A DNA stretch of 64,000 nucleotides. Source: Thermodesulfobacteriota bacterium (GTDB lineage Bacteria; Desulfobacterota; Desulfarculia; JACQYL01). Made by a program: the position numbers and the translations under genes. The stretch covers positions 1,472,001 to 1,536,000 of the forward strand of contig CAXXLZ010000001.1 of the NCBI GenBank assembly GCA_963675595.2, given 5' to 3'. The notes beneath the pieces are model-generated. The model ran no database searches, was not told where the DNA came from, and saw only the letters and a program-made list of their open reading frames with translations. Of the stretch, positions 42,212-56,540 are shown in pieces. Positions within the stretch are counted from its first letter, which is position 1, and every line of letters starts with the position of its first letter.

Positions 42212-42542
42212 AAAGATTAAGTTCATAGTGTTCCGTTTGATTTGCGCTGTCGCAACAAAGCGCAAGGCCCTTTGTTAAATTCAGCCGGCGTTTTCCTGAT
42301 ATTGAATGAAATCGTTCGATAGTCAAACCCAACCTCCTCGTCGTCAGAGGCCGAGCCCTGCCGATATCAGCGAGGCTGAATCCTACCTGGAACTCATTTT
42401 CATCAACCATACGACATCGACTTATTTGAGACGAGTATTTCCCATCGTCCCCTGATGGCGCTCCATTCTCCCGAATATCATGTTCGATATCCTCGAAACT
42501 CGGAGTCCGGATCGGTCAATTTGTACTGCGGCGATGTCCCCG

Positions 42543-43349
42543 TCAGGCTCTTGGATCACCGGGAAGATACAGTCCCGTGACTTTTCTGTAAGCCGCCGAC
42601 GTGCGGTCGCCCGGGACGCCGTCTTTTTTGACGAAGATCCCGGCAAAGGTGTTGAGCCATTCCTGAAGGTTTTCAGCGGACCGGACAACCTCCGGATTCC
42701 CGGACTTGGTGTTGGAATGCCTTACCACCAGCGGAGCCTCGTCTTCCGAGGGACCGGGTTGATCCGAGAACCCGATGAGATTGGATTCGGCCATGCGTCG
42801 AAGCAGCACGGCGGCGCCGCATTGTTTGGACACGGCCGTGTCGGACCAGGTTCCGTCGGCCACGTATTTGCCGCTCCGGTAATGGTTGGAAAAACTCCAA
42901 AGATAGGGCGACAGCACATGCGTGTGATACAGGCGATAGCCCCACCCATTGTATCGTTCCAGTTGGTAGAGTGTTCCGGCGAGGCTCCAATCGGTGCCTG
43001 CTCCCAATCCCTTGATGGAAAGGGCGTCACGGGCGCTTTCCTCCCAGGTGAACGGCGGATTGCCTCTCCTGGGCCTGCCGGAGGGTTCATGCGTGGTGCG
43101 TACCGTGAGAGGGTCTCCGTTGTGCAGATGACAATGGAAATCGCGGCCCGACTCCATGTTGTGAATTACCGAAACAAAGAACCACGGAACCCCCAATTCG
43201 TCCTCAACCGCTTGATAGCGGGGTCGGTCCGTCAGGAGGGCGGTAATGATCCCCGCAACAGTGTCCGCCCGCTCCGCCCGGATGATGCAGGAATTGAACA
43301 GGCGCTCATATTCGCCCCTCAGATTTTGCGTGAAGGTCACACCCGCCAT
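42543..43349 (-). CDS. Lysozyme-family protein with C-terminal peptidoglycan-binding-like domain
   Basis: GVPWFFVSVIHNMES, HLHNGDPL, WEESARDAL, LERYNGWGY, SPYLWS, GKYVADG; C-terminal LQEWLN..DGVPGDRT. Confidence 0.85.
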   Translation of the reverse strand: MAGVTFTQNLRGEYERLFNSCIIRAERADTVAGIITALLTDRPRYQAVEDELGVPWFFVSVIHNMESGRDFHCHLHNGDPLTVRTTHEPSGRPRRGNPPFTWEESARDALSIKGLGAGTDWSLAGTLYQLERYNGWGYRLYHTHVLSPYLWSFSNHYRSGKYVADGTWSDTAVSKQCGAAVLLRRMAESNLIGFSDQPGPSEDEAPLVVRHSNTKSGNPEVVRSAENLQEWLNTFAGIFVKKDGVPGDRTSAAYRKVTGLYLPGDPRA

Positions 43350-43400
43350 GATTCACCTCCCGTGTTTTAGAAAGGAAACCCGCCGAGACCTTTTTCGCTC

Positions 43401-44372
43401 TTACCGGGTCTCGGAGGCCGAAACTCGCCGATCTTCGTCCGGATATAGCTCCTTCAGCAGGTTGAGCGCGCGAGCACGATGCCGGTTCACTTCCCGCTGA
43501 AACAAGAACCAATGGCTCTTCTCGAACCCTTCTTTCGGGGAATGAAGCCCTTCCCTTCCGTTATTCTGTTCGGTCAGTGCTTGGGACCGCCATGCGTAGC
43601 CGCATTCCTCCGTTTCTTCGTAGTCCTCCATGGCACAGATATCCCGATACGCTTCCAGGCGATCTTCCCTTTTCATGCTCATGGCCGCCGCGATCCGTCT
43701 TTCCAAGCCTTCCCATTCTTGGTCTTTTTCGGTATGCGCCAGGAAGGCAAAATAGATGTTTTCCGCCGCCTGCAGGAATCGTTCGTTGTTGTCCACCGTC
43801 TCATCCACCAACCGGCGGTCCGCCCAGATTTCCCCCACTCTGTCGGGAGCCTTCAACACTTGAGAGTGACAAACGACCGGTTCGGTTTGATTCGTGCTTC
43901 GTTTTTCCAGAGCGTCACTACCCACCCAATTGAACGTTTCCTTTAATCCGGTGAAGTTCTGATGCGCCCACGCGTCGGCATAGACATGGACGGCGATGCC
44001 GATGCGGTATGGATTTCCCGAGGCCAGGGCGGCTTTCAGAAGTCTTCTTGAGTTTTCGCTGTCCGGAATCGTGTTGAAGCGGTTATCGTGTTCCTTTCCG
44101 TCCCTTCTGCGCGATCCGGCGCTTCCGTTTTCGCCGGGCAAAAAGTGAAACAAGGGGTGGATCAGCTTCAGCTCCTCTTCCGGTTTGTCCAGATCATAGG
44201 TCTGGGATAATGGATTGATAAAAATACCTCTCGCGCCCAGATCAACCCGAAGAACGTCGCGGTTGTCGTCCACGAATTGACTCGAATAGGCGATTCGGTG
44301 GGCGTCGATCCGGGAAAACCCGGCCTTCTCCGCGAGTATATGTGTGATGTAGTAGTGAAACTCCAGATCCAT
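43401..44372 (-). CDS. DUF6765-like putative zinc-dependent hydrolase (paralog)
   Basis: MDLEFHYYITHILAEKAG, SQFVDD, FHFLPG, GIAVHVYADAWAH. Confidence 0.78.
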   Translation of the reverse strand: MDLEFHYYITHILAEKAGFSRIDAHRIAYSSQFVDDNRDVLRVDLGARGIFINPLSQTYDLDKPEEELKLIHPLFHFLPGENGSAGSRRRDGKEHDNRFNTIPDSENSRRLLKAALASGNPYRIGIAVHVYADAWAHQNFTGLKETFNWVGSDALEKRSTNQTEPVVCHSQVLKAPDRVGEIWADRRLVDETVDNNERFLQAAENIYFAFLAHTEKDQEWEGLERRIAAAMSMKREDRLEAYRDICAMEDYEETEECGYAWRSQALTEQNNGREGLHSPKEGFEKSHWFLFQREVNRHRARALNLLKELYPDEDRRVSASETR

Positions 44373-44504
44373 GGGCTGGATTGGCTCCTGTAGGATCAAC
44401 GAAAATACCCGGGCGTGGGAGGCGATTCGTCGGAGAAAGATGGGCGGGCTTCAGGAAAACTCGCAGGGAATGCCCCAGACGGGATGGAACATGACTCCGG
44501 TCTT

Positions 44505-46145
44505 CTACCTCCCCGCAACGGGTATCGCTTCGGCTTCGAGTCTCACGCCCCGTCGGTCCAGCAGGCTGCCTTCGGCCAGGTACAGGCCCACCAGGGCAAT
44601 GCGGTAATGCACCACCGCCTCGATCTCCGTGATCCGCGCGGCGAGCAAATCGCGCTGGGCCTGAGCCACCAGAAGGGCCGTGCTCGCGCCCACGTCGAAC
44701 CGCTCCTTTTCCGCGTTGAGCGTTTCCTCCTGGAGGGTCCGTGTGATCCTGGCGGCCGGAATCTGTTGACGAGCCCGCTCCACTTCATTGACGGCAAGCC
44801 GCACGTCGAGCCGAACGATCTGCCTGAGGTTCTCCACGGCCAGGGCGGCCTGACGGCGGGAAACCCGGGCCGCCAACTCCCTTGCTTTGGCCGCGCGGTT
44901 GCCGAGATAGTGACTCAGGCGAATTCCCGCGGTGAAATCGTAGGTTCCTTCATCCAGTCTCCGAAAAGAATCCGAAAACGTATCCGCATATCCGGTCCGT
45001 CCCAAATCGATGAACAGCTCCAACCGGGGCAACAGGCCGTTGCGCGTGACGACGGTTTCCAGTCGGTTCTGCCGCAGCCTGACGCGAGCCTCGTTGAGAT
45101 CGGGTCTCGACTGCTCTGAAAGCCGGAGGCGATCGGCCAAATCCGTAATGGGCTCGGGCTCGATGCGCGGTTCGCTGCGGGCGTTGATCCGAAGGTCCAG
45201 CCGCCCTTCGGCGTCCGGGCTGACCAAGCGCAGGAGTCGCAAGCGGCGTTCTTCCAAAACGCTCCGCGCGTCGATGAGAGCCTGTTCTCGGAGTGCATAT
45301 TCAGCTCGCGCGGCCGCGGCCTCAATTTCCGGCAGAACACCCACCTCGATGCGCAATTCCACTTCGTCCCGCTGCTGTTTGGCAACGGCCAGGGATCGTT
45401 CGAAAATAGCGATCTCTTCCTTGGCCAAAATGTAATTCCAATAGGCGATTTCGGCGTCGGCGAGCAGGGCTTCCACAAATCCGCGCAACTCATAAACGCC
45501 GGCCACGGTGTCGAGTTCGGCCTGACGCACGCTCGCCAAGTTCACCGCCGGCCCCAATCCGCGAAGCAGCGACTGGGTCACGGTGAGCCCCACCCGAGCG
45601 GTCTGTTGCTCCGGTGCGCGGTTGGAGATGGTGCGCTCCTGACTCACCTGAGCCTCCACCTCGGTTCCGGTGGGAAGCTGTTGGCGGACCCCCGCCACGG
45701 CCGTTGTCTCGTCTCCCTTCACCCTGAATTGTTCTCTGGTGGACCTGGAAACCTCGTTGGCCTTTTCTCTGAAGTACTCGAATTCGCCAAACAATTCGGG
45801 GTCGAACACGCCGCGTTCGATTTGTTCAAAAGTCCCGGTGATGAGGGGGTTGAGTCGTCGGACCCGAAGCTCTTGATTGCTTTGGAGCGCCAGCATGGCC
45901 ACCTGCTCCACCGACAAATCGATGGTTCCCTGGCATATCTCGGGTTCGAACGCCGGAGGCCGGGTCAACCGGGGCTGGTACTCGTCGAGAATGTCCGCGG
46001 GCTGGAAGGCGTCTTCAGCAAGGCGGCGCTGGAAATCGACCTGCAGCACGGACCATCGGTCCGGCGGTGAGCAGCCCACCGCCGGAAGCAGCCACACAAG
46101 GGTCATGAGCCATGCCCGAAACTTGGATGGGAGATGCGGTCTCAA
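44505..46145 (-). CDS. TolC-family outer membrane efflux lipoprotein
   Basis: Lipobox-like AVGC and OEP repeats. Start placed at TTG 46145, overlapping the RND stop (TTGA). Confidence 0.88.
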   Translation of the reverse strand: MRPHLPSKFRAWLMTLVWLLPAVGCSPPDRWSVLQVDFQRRLAEDAFQPADILDEYQPRLTRPPAFEPEICQGTIDLSVEQVAMLALQSNQELRVRRLNPLITGTFEQIERGVFDPELFGEFEYFREKANEVSRSTREQFRVKGDETTAVAGVRQQLPTGTEVEAQVSQERTISNRAPEQQTARVGLTVTQSLLRGLGPAVNLASVRQAELDTVAGVYELRGFVEALLADAEIAYWNYILAKEEIAIFERSLAVAKQQRDEVELRIEVGVLPEIEAAAARAEYALREQALIDARSVLEERRLRLLRLVSPDAEGRLDLRINARSEPRIEPEPITDLADRLRLSEQSRPDLNEARVRLRQNRLETVVTRNGLLPRLELFIDLGRTGYADTFSDSFRRLDEGTYDFTAGIRLSHYLGNRAAKARELAARVSRRQAALAVENLRQIVRLDVRLAVNEVERARQQIPAARITRTLQEETLNAEKERFDVGASTALLVAQAQRDLLAARITEIEAVVHYRIALVGLYLAEGSLLDRRGVRLEAEAIPVAGR

Positions 46146-49100
46146 CGGGGTTCGGCCTCGTTTTCGGGATGAAAAAGGGTGTAGACCACGGGAATGAGCA
46201 CCAAGGTGATGAGTGTGGACCCGGTGAGCCCCCCCACCACCGCCCGCGCCAGGGGAGCCTGTGCGTCCGCGCCCTCTCCCACCCCGAAAGCCAGGGGGAT
46301 CAGGGCGAGGATGGTGGTGAGGGTCGTCATCAGGATGGGTCTCAACCGACGTCTTCCGGCTTCGGACACCGCGTCGCGCACGTTCATCCCCCCACGGACC
46401 AGTTGACCCGCTTGATCCACGAGAAGAATGGCGTTGTTCACCACGATGCCGCCCAGCATGATGCACCCGATGCCCGACTGAAGATTCAGCGTGGTCCCGG
46501 TCAGAAACAGGATCACGAGCACGCCCACCGCGGCCAGCGGCACGGAAAACATGACGACAAGAGGGTCGCGCAGCGATTCGTACTGGCACGCCAGTACCAT
46601 ATACACCAGCACCAACGCCAGCACGAGAGAGATCATCAGCTCGCGAAATGCCTTGGCCTGCTCCTCCACATTGCCTCCGATGTTGAGTTCGTAACCCGTG
46701 GGACGAGGTATACGATCCAGCAGAACTTGTGCGTCGGAAGCCACCGAGCCGAGGTCGCGTCCCGCCACGTTGGCCTGGACGGTCAGCACGCGCTGTTGAT
46801 CCTTACGATCGATGAGAATGGGACCGCGACTCAAGCGAGTATCTACAAGGTTCCGCAACGCCACCTGTTCTCCGGAAACAGTGGTCAGAGTGAGATCGAG
46901 AATCTCATCCAGGGAACGTTGTTCGGCATCCTTCAACTGGACGAAAATGCGATAAGAGTTGCCTCCCGTGCGGTATTCTCCGGCCTTGGACCCGGCCACC
47001 GCGGTTTCCAGGACCTCCGTTACATCGCGGACACTCAACCCGAGGTCGGCCACCTTGTCGCGGTTGATGAGAAACTCCTGCTGTGGAACACCCGATTCTT
47101 GGCTGATTCTCACATCCGTGATTCCCCGCACGCTCTCGATGGATTCCGCCGCTTTCTTCGCCAGAACCGCCAGGGTCTCCAATTTGAATCCGCGAATCTC
47201 AACGGTCAGGCCTTCGTCTCCTCCCAGAAGACGATCGAGCAGAAATTGCCCTTGGGGAGCGCGCGTGCGAATGATCATGCCGGGTATCGCTCCGGACAGC
47301 CGTTGCCTGAGGTCCGCGGCGACCTCCACATTGGAACGTTTCCGCCGGCCGGACGGCGTCAGGGACAGGCTGATTTCGCCTTCCGAGGCGGCCTCGGGTC
47401 GTCGCCCCGAAGCCCCCACGCTCACCACCGAGGCAACGGCCTCGGGTACGGCCGGATAGACGATCTTTTCCATTTGCCTGGTTTGCTCGTCGACCAACTC
47501 CAGTCGCGTGCCGATCTCCATTTCACCAGTAACGCGGACCTCTCCTTCGTCGCTGGGCGGCAGAAACTCAGTGCCGATGAGGGGCAAAAGGAGCAGGCTT
47601 GCCCCCAGAATCGCCGAGGCCGCGAGCACGGTCGCCGTTCGATGGCGTAGGGCCCGACCTAGAAGGTTGGAATAGGCATGATCAAGGCGGTTGAAAAGGA
47701 CCTCCGAAATGTGCAGGAGCCTTCCTATCCACCCCGTTCGATGCTCTGACTCACGAGAAGAGGTGAGCAGCCTGGAGGCCAACATGGGAACCAGGCTTAG
47801 AGCAACCATGAGGGAACAGAACAGGGAGAACACGATCACGTAAGCCAATTCGCGAAACAGGACGCCGGAAACACCGCGCACAAAAACCAGGGGAAGAAAG
47901 ATGACCAGGGTGGTCAGGGTGCTGGCGATGATCGCCCCTCCCACTTCCTGCGTACCTTCCACCGCCGCCGTGGACGGAGACTCGGCGTTCTCCTGACGAC
48001 GCCTGAACACGTTCTCCAGGACCACGATGGAACTGTCCACCATCATGCCCACCCCCAGAGCCAGGCCGCCCAAAGTCATCAGGTTGAGGGTGAAGCCCCA
48101 GAAATAGATCAGCGTGAAGGTAGCGATGACCGAGATGGGCATGGCCAGGGAAATGACCAAGGTGCTTCTGATGTTGCGCAGAAAAAAGAGGAGCACCGCG
48201 ACGGCCAGTCCGCCGCCGTACAGAACGGACTTGGCCACGTTGGCTATGGAGCGCTCGATGAAGTTGCCCTGGTTGATCACCGGGACAATTTTGATGCGGG
48301 GAAAGTCTTCGTTAACGCGATCAATCTCTGCGAGCACCCGTTTGGACACTTCCACGGTGTTGTCGTCCGCCTGTTTGCGTATGGCCACGCGCAGGCCTCG
48401 CCCACCGTTGACCCGTACGAGGCGTCTCAGCTTTTCATAGGTGTCCCGAACATCGGCGATCTGACGGAGCTTCACCGTGGCGCCGTCGCGACGCAACACC
48501 ACCGTGTTCCGGATTTGATCCAGATTCAGGAATTCGGCGGGGGCCCTCAGTGTCACCGTGTACCGGCCTTGGTCGATGCGGCCGGTGGGCAGGTCCAGGT
48601 TGGCATCTTTGATCGCGTCCAGCACTTGATCCAGCGGAAGCCCCATGGCCTTGATGCGGTCGGGATCCAATTCCACCCGGACCTCTCGGTTGAAACCGCC
48701 CCAAACGTCCACTTGGGCCACCCCGGGAACGTGGGCGAACCGGTAACGAACCTGATCTTCGATCAACCGGGTGAGCTCCACGGGGTCGAGGTCACTGGTG
48801 ATCCCAAGCAGAACCACGGGAAAGCTGTTGATGTCGAATTTCCTGATTTGAGGCCGTACGATATCCTCGGGCAGTTCGTTGATCTCGTCTTCGAGCTTGG
48901 AGCGAACATCCAAAGCGGCGGTGTCGATGTTCGTGCCCCAGACAAAGCTGACCCGCACGCTGCTGTGTCCTTCCGAGGACTGGGAGGTCATATCTTCGAC
49001 TCCGGGCACGGTGGCCACGATCTCCTCCACGATCTGGGTGATCAGCCGCTCCATGACCACCGGGCTCGCACCCTCGTACTCCGTTCGGATGGTCAACGTC

Positions 49101-49228
49101 GGAAGCTCGATGTTGGGAAGCAAATCGATCTGCACGCGAGTCAGGGAAACAGCCCCGAGGATCAAGACGATCAGGGTTACCATCGAGGTGAAGATGGGTC
49201 GCTGGACGCTGAATTTGGCCAGGCTCAT
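46142..49228 (-). CDS. RND efflux permease (AcrB/AcrD/AcrF family)
   Basis: 1028 aa; RPIF N-terminus, [34 protein letters not shown]. Confidence 0.96.
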   Translation of the reverse strand: MSLAKFSVQRPIFTSMVTLIVLILGAVSLTRVQIDLLPNIELPTLTIRTEYEGASPVVMERLITQIVEEIVATVPGVEDMTSQSSEGHSSVRVSFVWGTNIDTAALDVRSKLEDEINELPEDIVRPQIRKFDINSFPVVLLGITSDLDPVELTRLIEDQVRYRFAHVPGVAQVDVWGGFNREVRVELDPDRIKAMGLPLDQVLDAIKDANLDLPTGRIDQGRYTVTLRAPAEFLNLDQIRNTVVLRRDGATVKLRQIADVRDTYEKLRRLVRVNGGRGLRVAIRKQADDNTVEVSKRVLAEIDRVNEDFPRIKIVPVINQGNFIERSIANVAKSVLYGGGLAVAVLLFFLRNIRSTLVISLAMPISVIATFTLIYFWGFTLNLMTLGGLALGVGMMVDSSIVVLENVFRRRQENAESPSTAAVEGTQEVGGAIIASTLTTLVIFLPLVFVRGVSGVLFRELAYVIVFSLFCSLMVALSLVPMLASRLLTSSRESEHRTGWIGRLLHISEVLFNRLDHAYSNLLGRALRHRTATVLAASAILGASLLLLPLIGTEFLPPSDEGEVRVTGEMEIGTRLELVDEQTRQMEKIVYPAVPEAVASVVSVGASGRRPEAASEGEISLSLTPSGRRKRSNVEVAADLRQRLSGAIPGMIIRTRAPQGQFLLDRLLGGDEGLTVEIRGFKLETLAVLAKKAAESIESVRGITDVRISQESGVPQQEFLINRDKVADLGLSVRDVTEVLETAVAGSKAGEYRTGGNSYRIFVQLKDAEQRSLDEILDLTLTTVSGEQVALRNLVDTRLSRGPILIDRKDQQRVLTVQANVAGRDLGSVASDAQVLLDRIPRPTGYELNIGGNVEEQAKAFRELMISLVLALVLVYMVLACQYESLRDPLVVMFSVPLAAVGVLVILFLTGTTLNLQSGIGCIMLGGIVVNNAILLVDQAGQLVRGGMNVRDAVSEAGRRRLRPILMTTLTTILALIPLAFGVGEGADAQAPLARAVVGGLTGSTLITLVLIPVVYTLFHPENEAEPR

Positions 49229-50436
49229 TCGTTTTCCGTGGACGTGCCCGTGAGAGGAGAAAGATCCGCTTGACCGGTGATATTGATTGCAGAGCCGTCA
49301 TCAAGCAACTGCTGTCCCAGGGTCACGACGCGACCGGTCAGGCCCTCTCCGTGCACTTGAACGACCTTTTCCTGCCGGATGCCTTCCCGCACGGTCCGCC
49401 AAGCGACCGATGTTCCCTCTTCATTCACCACGAACACGCCGCTTTCATCGTTGCGTTCGGTGAGTGCCTGCTCCGGGATGATGACGGCGTCTTCTTCCCG
49501 GTGAAGTACTACCGTCGCACGGATGAAGGTCCCGGGTTTCAAACGTTGTTGCGGATTTTCAACGGTCAATTCAACACGAGCCTGTCGGGTGGATTCCTGA
49601 AAGATGGGGGCGATGCGGTCGATGCGCCCCTCGAAACGTTCACCGGGGTAGGCATCGGTGGTTAAGGAGGCCCTTTGACCGGGATGAAGGTAGGTGTAGT
49701 CCTTTTCCGTCACAAATATCACTCCGGTAATCGGTTGGAGCTCCACAATGGACAGGAGCGACGTGTTGGCCGTAATGGTTTGTCCCTCGTCCACATAGCG
49801 CTCGGCCACGACGCGCCGGTCGTTGCCCCCGGTCCAGTCTGCGGTGACCCTGGTGTATCCCAGCCGTATGTTCGCCGTCTCCAACGAAGATTCGGCCCGG
49901 GTCACTTGGGCTTTGGCCACCTCGAGTTCGGCCTTGTTCGCCAATTGAGCCGCCTTGGCCTCGTCAAGCTGGGACTCGGACGTCACCCCCCGTTTGCGAA
50001 GCGTCTCGATACGGATCAGCTCTCGGCCGGCGATTTCAACGGCGCTTCGAGCTTTGACCAGGTTGGCCTTAGCCACGGCGAGATCAGCCTTGGCCTGAGC
50101 CACGGCCTGGACGTATTCGTCGTTGTCCAGTTCCGCCACGATTTGGCCCCGGTTCACCATATCGGAAATATCCACGCTCAGCCGCTCCACGCGTCCACTT
50201 ACCTTGGGAGCGACAACAAACCGGGCCGTAGGCTCGAGAGCTCCGTTGAACGTCCTCCGAAACTCAATGGGGCCATGCTCGATCGTCGCAACTTCCACCG
50301 GGACGGGTGTAGAAGCACCGCGTCGCCCGCCGGAGCTCCCGTGTTGCGAAAAACGACCATACACAACCCAAATCAATCCCACCGCCAGAAGGACCGCTAC
50401 AAGCACTGTGATAGGTCTTCGACCCGTCGGCCTCAT
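49225..50436 (-). CDS. RND membrane-fusion (periplasmic adaptor) protein
   Basis: N-terminal TM, PKVSGRV lipoyl half, coiled hairpin, LKPGTF. Confidence 0.93.
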   Translation of the reverse strand: MRPTGRRPITVLVAVLLAVGLIWVVYGRFSQHGSSGGRRGASTPVPVEVATIEHGPIEFRRTFNGALEPTARFVVAPKVSGRVERLSVDISDMVNRGQIVAELDNDEYVQAVAQAKADLAVAKANLVKARSAVEIAGRELIRIETLRKRGVTSESQLDEAKAAQLANKAELEVAKAQVTRAESSLETANIRLGYTRVTADWTGGNDRRVVAERYVDEGQTITANTSLLSIVELQPITGVIFVTEKDYTYLHPGQRASLTTDAYPGERFEGRIDRIAPIFQESTRQARVELTVENPQQRLKPGTFIRATVVLHREEDAVIIPEQALTERNDESGVFVVNEEGTSVAWRTVREGIRQEKVVQVHGEGLTGRVVTLGQQLLDDGSAINITGQADLSPLTGTSTENE

Positions 50437-50519
50437 AAGAAAGAATCCTTCGTTGGTTGGTTGGTTTCCGTCTTGGAAATCTCTTTGTCGGCCCGTTGAA
50501 AGAGGCCGCTTATCGCAAG

Positions 50520-50630
50520 CTGTTGAAAAACGATGACCTGCAAGGCGCGCAAATCCCGAGCAATGAGGCGTACCTAGAGTACACGGTGACGAGGGATGAA
50601 ATGCGCGCCGCAGTCCGCGTTTTTCAACAG
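50520..50630. repeat. MITE-like short element with terminal inverted repeats
   Basis: CTGTTGAAAAAC ... GTTTTTCAACAG 12-bp IRs enclosing about 87 bp, in an intergenic position. Confidence 0.7.
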
Positions 50631-50882
50631 TCTGTATTATCCCCGTCCGATTCGCGAATCAACCGATTGCTCTTGTCTAGACCCGCCGCGTCTCATCATG
50701 GGAGATACAACCCACTTGAAGCCTCCAAAGTTGCGCAACAGCCATCGAGTCCTCCGCTTTGTTCCCCGACGCCCCTCAACATTCCCTTAGCCCTACCGGC
50801 ACGTGAATCCCGGGCGCTCTGATTCCTACCATTTCGTAGGACACTCCGGCGAATGTCGGATCCCGACGGCGCATATTTCGTG

Positions 50883-50930
50883 TAACCTATTGATCATATG
50901 CATCTTTTTATTTTCGGTACGGTAGTTGCA
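50883..50930 (+). promoter_or_regulatory. sigma54 promoter with upstream IHF-like site, driving the nifA leader
   Basis: CGGTACGGTAGTTGCA (GG 50916-17, GC 50928-29); GATCAATAGGTTA on the minus strand at 50883-50895. Confidence 0.68.
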
Positions 50931-50940
50931 TAAAACGGGT

Positions 50941-51208
50941 TAGGGTGACTTTTCAAATATGGTCCACCAGGATTCCGACAGGGAGTCCCAACGGAGTTCG
51001 GGCTGGATGGTCCACACAGGAAGCAACCCGAGCAATCTCCAAGGAATCAGCGAAGTCCGGTCGCCCTTTAAACTTGTTCCTTACCTCCTTTCCAGCCGAA
51101 CAGGCGTTATGCGAAAGCCGGCGAGGACGGTGAAACGAACGTGAAAGACCTTGAAAGGGAGCACGGAGAAGACCCGCCCCGGGCGCGTTTCTTCCGTGAA
51201 CAGACACG
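50941..51208 (+). ncRNA. Putative structured RNA/leader with six GGA motifs (Csr/Rsm-like)
   Basis: GGA at 50970, 50982, 50993, 51005, 51019 and 51043; mini-hairpin GAC-AGGGA-GTC; long hairpin at 51162-51198. Confidence 0.4.
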
Positions 51209-52771
51209 ATGAATCAGCATATTGCGGAACTCGAGCTTTCGGTTCTGTACCAAATCACTGAAATCATCGGACAGGCCCTGAACCTGAACCAGGCTTTGGA
51301 TGCCATCCTATCGATTCTCTCCCGTTCCCTGTCCATGAAACGGGCCACCATCATCTTAATGGACGAGCCCTCTCCGGAACTGCGCATACGGGCATCCTAC
51401 GGATTGAGCGACCAGGAAAGACTCCGCGGCGTTTACCGACCGGGCGAAGGGGTCACGGGGCGCATCTTTCAGACGGGGCGCCCTCTAGTGATTCCCGACG
51501 TGACCAAGGAGCCTTTGTTTCTTGATCGTACAGGGGCCCGCCGAATCGACCGGGAACCCGTTTCCTACATCGGTGTACCCATCTCCGTGATGGGAGATCC
51601 CATAGGCGTGCTGAGCGTAGACCGACTGTTCGGAGCCGAAGTCTCTTCGGATGAGGACATCCGTTTTCTTTCCATCGTAAGCGCTTTGGTGGCTCAATTC
51701 GTTCAGCTCAATCGAGAGGTGGAGGCCCGTGAAGAGAAACTCAGAGGGTTGATCGGGGGACTCAAAGCGGAACTTTCGGAAAAGTACAACGATTTTTTCA
51801 TGGTGGGTCGTAGCCCGGTCATGCTGGAAGTCCGGAAACTCATTGAGAAGGTGGCTCCCAGTCGAGCCGCGGTGCTGTTATTGGGCGAATCGGGAACCGG
51901 AAAAACGCTGGTGGCGCGTATCATCCACGAACTCAGCAGCCGGAGCGAAAGGCCCTACGTGAAGGTCAACTGCGCGGCGCTGCCTGAAAACCTCCTCGAA
52001 TCCGAGCTTTTCGGCCACGAGAAAGGCGCCTTTACCGGCGCGTCCAAATCCAAGCCCGGCCGCCTCGAAGAAGCCGACGGAGGATCGGTGTTTCTCGACG
52101 AAATCGGGGAACTGTCCCCTTCCCTTCAGGCCAAGCTGCTGCGCTTCCTTCAGGAAAAGGAGTTCGAACGATTGGGCAGTACCAGAACCCGAAAAGTGGA
52201 CGTGCGCGTTCTGGCCGCCACCAACCGAGACCTGACCGAAGCGATCCACTTGGGCCATTTCCGGGAAGACCTCTACTATCGTCTCAATGTATTCCCCATT
52301 CGCGTGCCGCCTCTCAGAGAACGCCTGGAGGACATCCCACACTTGGTCACCTACTTCACGTCCAAGTTGTCCAAGGAATACGCAAAAGACTTGGTTTTTT
52401 CCGACGATGCCGTGGGAACCCTTGAAGGCTACCATTGGCCGGGCAATGTGCGCGAACTGGAAAACCTGCTCGAGCGGTTGATCATCATCAAGGACGGAAC
52501 GCTTATTACACAACAAGATCTGACCGCACTCGTCCCCACGCCCAAGGATTCTCCGCCTCCCCTCGAGAGATTGGAATCCATGGCCGGATTGAAAGAGCTG
52601 GAACGTCGCCAAATGATCGCCGCGCTGGAGCGTAACGAATGGGTCCAATCCCGGGCGGCGCAGGAATTGGGCATGACGCTCCGACAAATGGGCTATCGCA
52701 TCAAGAAATATCGCCTGGAATCCATGGTGAGGGAAAGACGGGCCGGAACAGGGAAAGGACCGCCGATATGA
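51209..52771 (+). CDS. nifA: Nif-specific sigma54 activator (GAF-AAA+-HTH)
   Basis: GAF ([15 protein letters not shown]), [37 protein letters not shown]; adjacent to nifH. Confidence 0.88.
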   Translation: MNQHIAELELSVLYQITEIIGQALNLNQALDAILSILSRSLSMKRATIILMDEPSPELRIRASYGLSDQERLRGVYRPGEGVTGRIFQTGRPLVIPDVTKEPLFLDRTGARRIDREPVSYIGVPISVMGDPIGVLSVDRLFGAEVSSDEDIRFLSIVSALVAQFVQLNREVEAREEKLRGLIGGLKAELSEKYNDFFMVGRSPVMLEVRKLIEKVAPSRAAVLLLGESGTGKTLVARIIHELSSRSERPYVKVNCAALPENLLESELFGHEKGAFTGASKSKPGRLEEADGGSVFLDEIGELSPSLQAKLLRFLQEKEFERLGSTRTRKVDVRVLAATNRDLTEAIHLGHFREDLYYRLNVFPIRVPPLRERLEDIPHLVTYFTSKLSKEYAKDLVFSDDAVGTLEGYHWPGNVRELENLLERLIIIKDGTLITQQDLTALVPTPKDSPPPLERLESMAGLKELERRQMIAALERNEWVQSRAAQELGMTLRQMGYRIKKYRLESMVRERRAGTGKGPPI

Positions 52772-53178
52772 AGAGCGTTTCAGTCGTTTTGATCGGTTTC
52801 TTCGCCGGAAGACAGGCATTTTTGCCTTTTACAAAAGTGAATACGGAATATTTTTTTCGAAAACAACCGATTTACTGATCTTAATAGATATTAAGGTGCG
52901 ATATTTCTCAATTCGGATTTATTGCCTGATTCATCTTAAGTATTGATATATTATATACTTATCTTATGGCTAAATAAGTAGTTTTTTTCACATGCCGATC
53001 TATCGCAAGGCTCTTGGTCACATCTAGCAAAGATCCCGTCCGGCCGAATCTTGAAAGATAAATCCATGTAGCTCTCGAGCATGGATCCACCACCCCATAA
53101 TCCATTCCATGAATCACATCCAATTAAACCGTCCGATATTTCCCCTTACCGTAATTTCGTAACACACTATCCACTTTT

Positions 53179-53242
53179 TGTTGCTATTTCTACAAGATAC
53201 AAATATGTAGACAATTCCAACAATCATTGTCGACATATTTGT
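53179..53242. promoter_or_regulatory. Putative NifA upstream activator sequences
   Basis: TGT-N10-ACA (TGTTGCTATTTCTACA, 53179-53194), TGT-N11-ACA (53206-53222) and the inverted pair ACAAATATGT/ACATATTTGT. Confidence 0.6.
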
Positions 53243-53321
53243 TTTCATTGTTGATTCCATACCGCGTATTTCCACAGTAATCCCCGCTTCCACATCGTCG
53301 AAAACTCCTATTTTAAACTAT

Positions 53322-56130
<2,809 letters not shown>

Positions 56131-56161
56131 TGCGACCACCGACGACAAGGAGAAATTACCC

Positions 56162-56488
56162 ATGGTTATGGTTCGCGCAATCGTCCGGCCCGAAAAATCG
56201 GCCGACATCATGCATTCGCTGATGGAAGCGGGGTATCCGGCCGTCACCAAGATTGAGGTAGCGGGACGCGGTAAACAACGGGGACTTAGAGTCGGAAACG
56301 TGGTGTACGACGTGCTCCCCAAGGAGATGTTGCTGGTCGTGGTGCCGGAAGCGGACAAGGAATTCGTCATTCGATCCATTATGGAAACCGCGCGTTCCGG
56401 GGAAACCGGCGCCTTCGGCGATGGCAAGATCTTCGTGAGCCCGGTCCTGGAGATGTACACCATCAGTTCCGGCAATCAGCAGACCTGA
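56162..56488 (+). CDS. nifI1: PII-family nitrogenase regulator NifI1
   Basis: AIVRPEK, GRGKQRG, GAFGDGKIFV; lies between nifH and nifD. Confidence 0.92.
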   Translation: MVMVRAIVRPEKSADIMHSLMEAGYPAVTKIEVAGRGKQRGLRVGNVVYDVLPKEMLLVVVPEADKEFVIRSIMETARSGETGAFGDGKIFVSPVLEMYTISSGNQQT

Positions 56489-56540
56489 GCGAAACGAACC
56501 GAACGGCAAACAGCCTACGGGTCGGAGAAAAGGAAATCCC

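Noticed and set aside
46146-46589. Long N-terminal extension of TolC
   Set aside because: Overlaps the RND gene out of frame; the lipoprotein signal starts near 46145.
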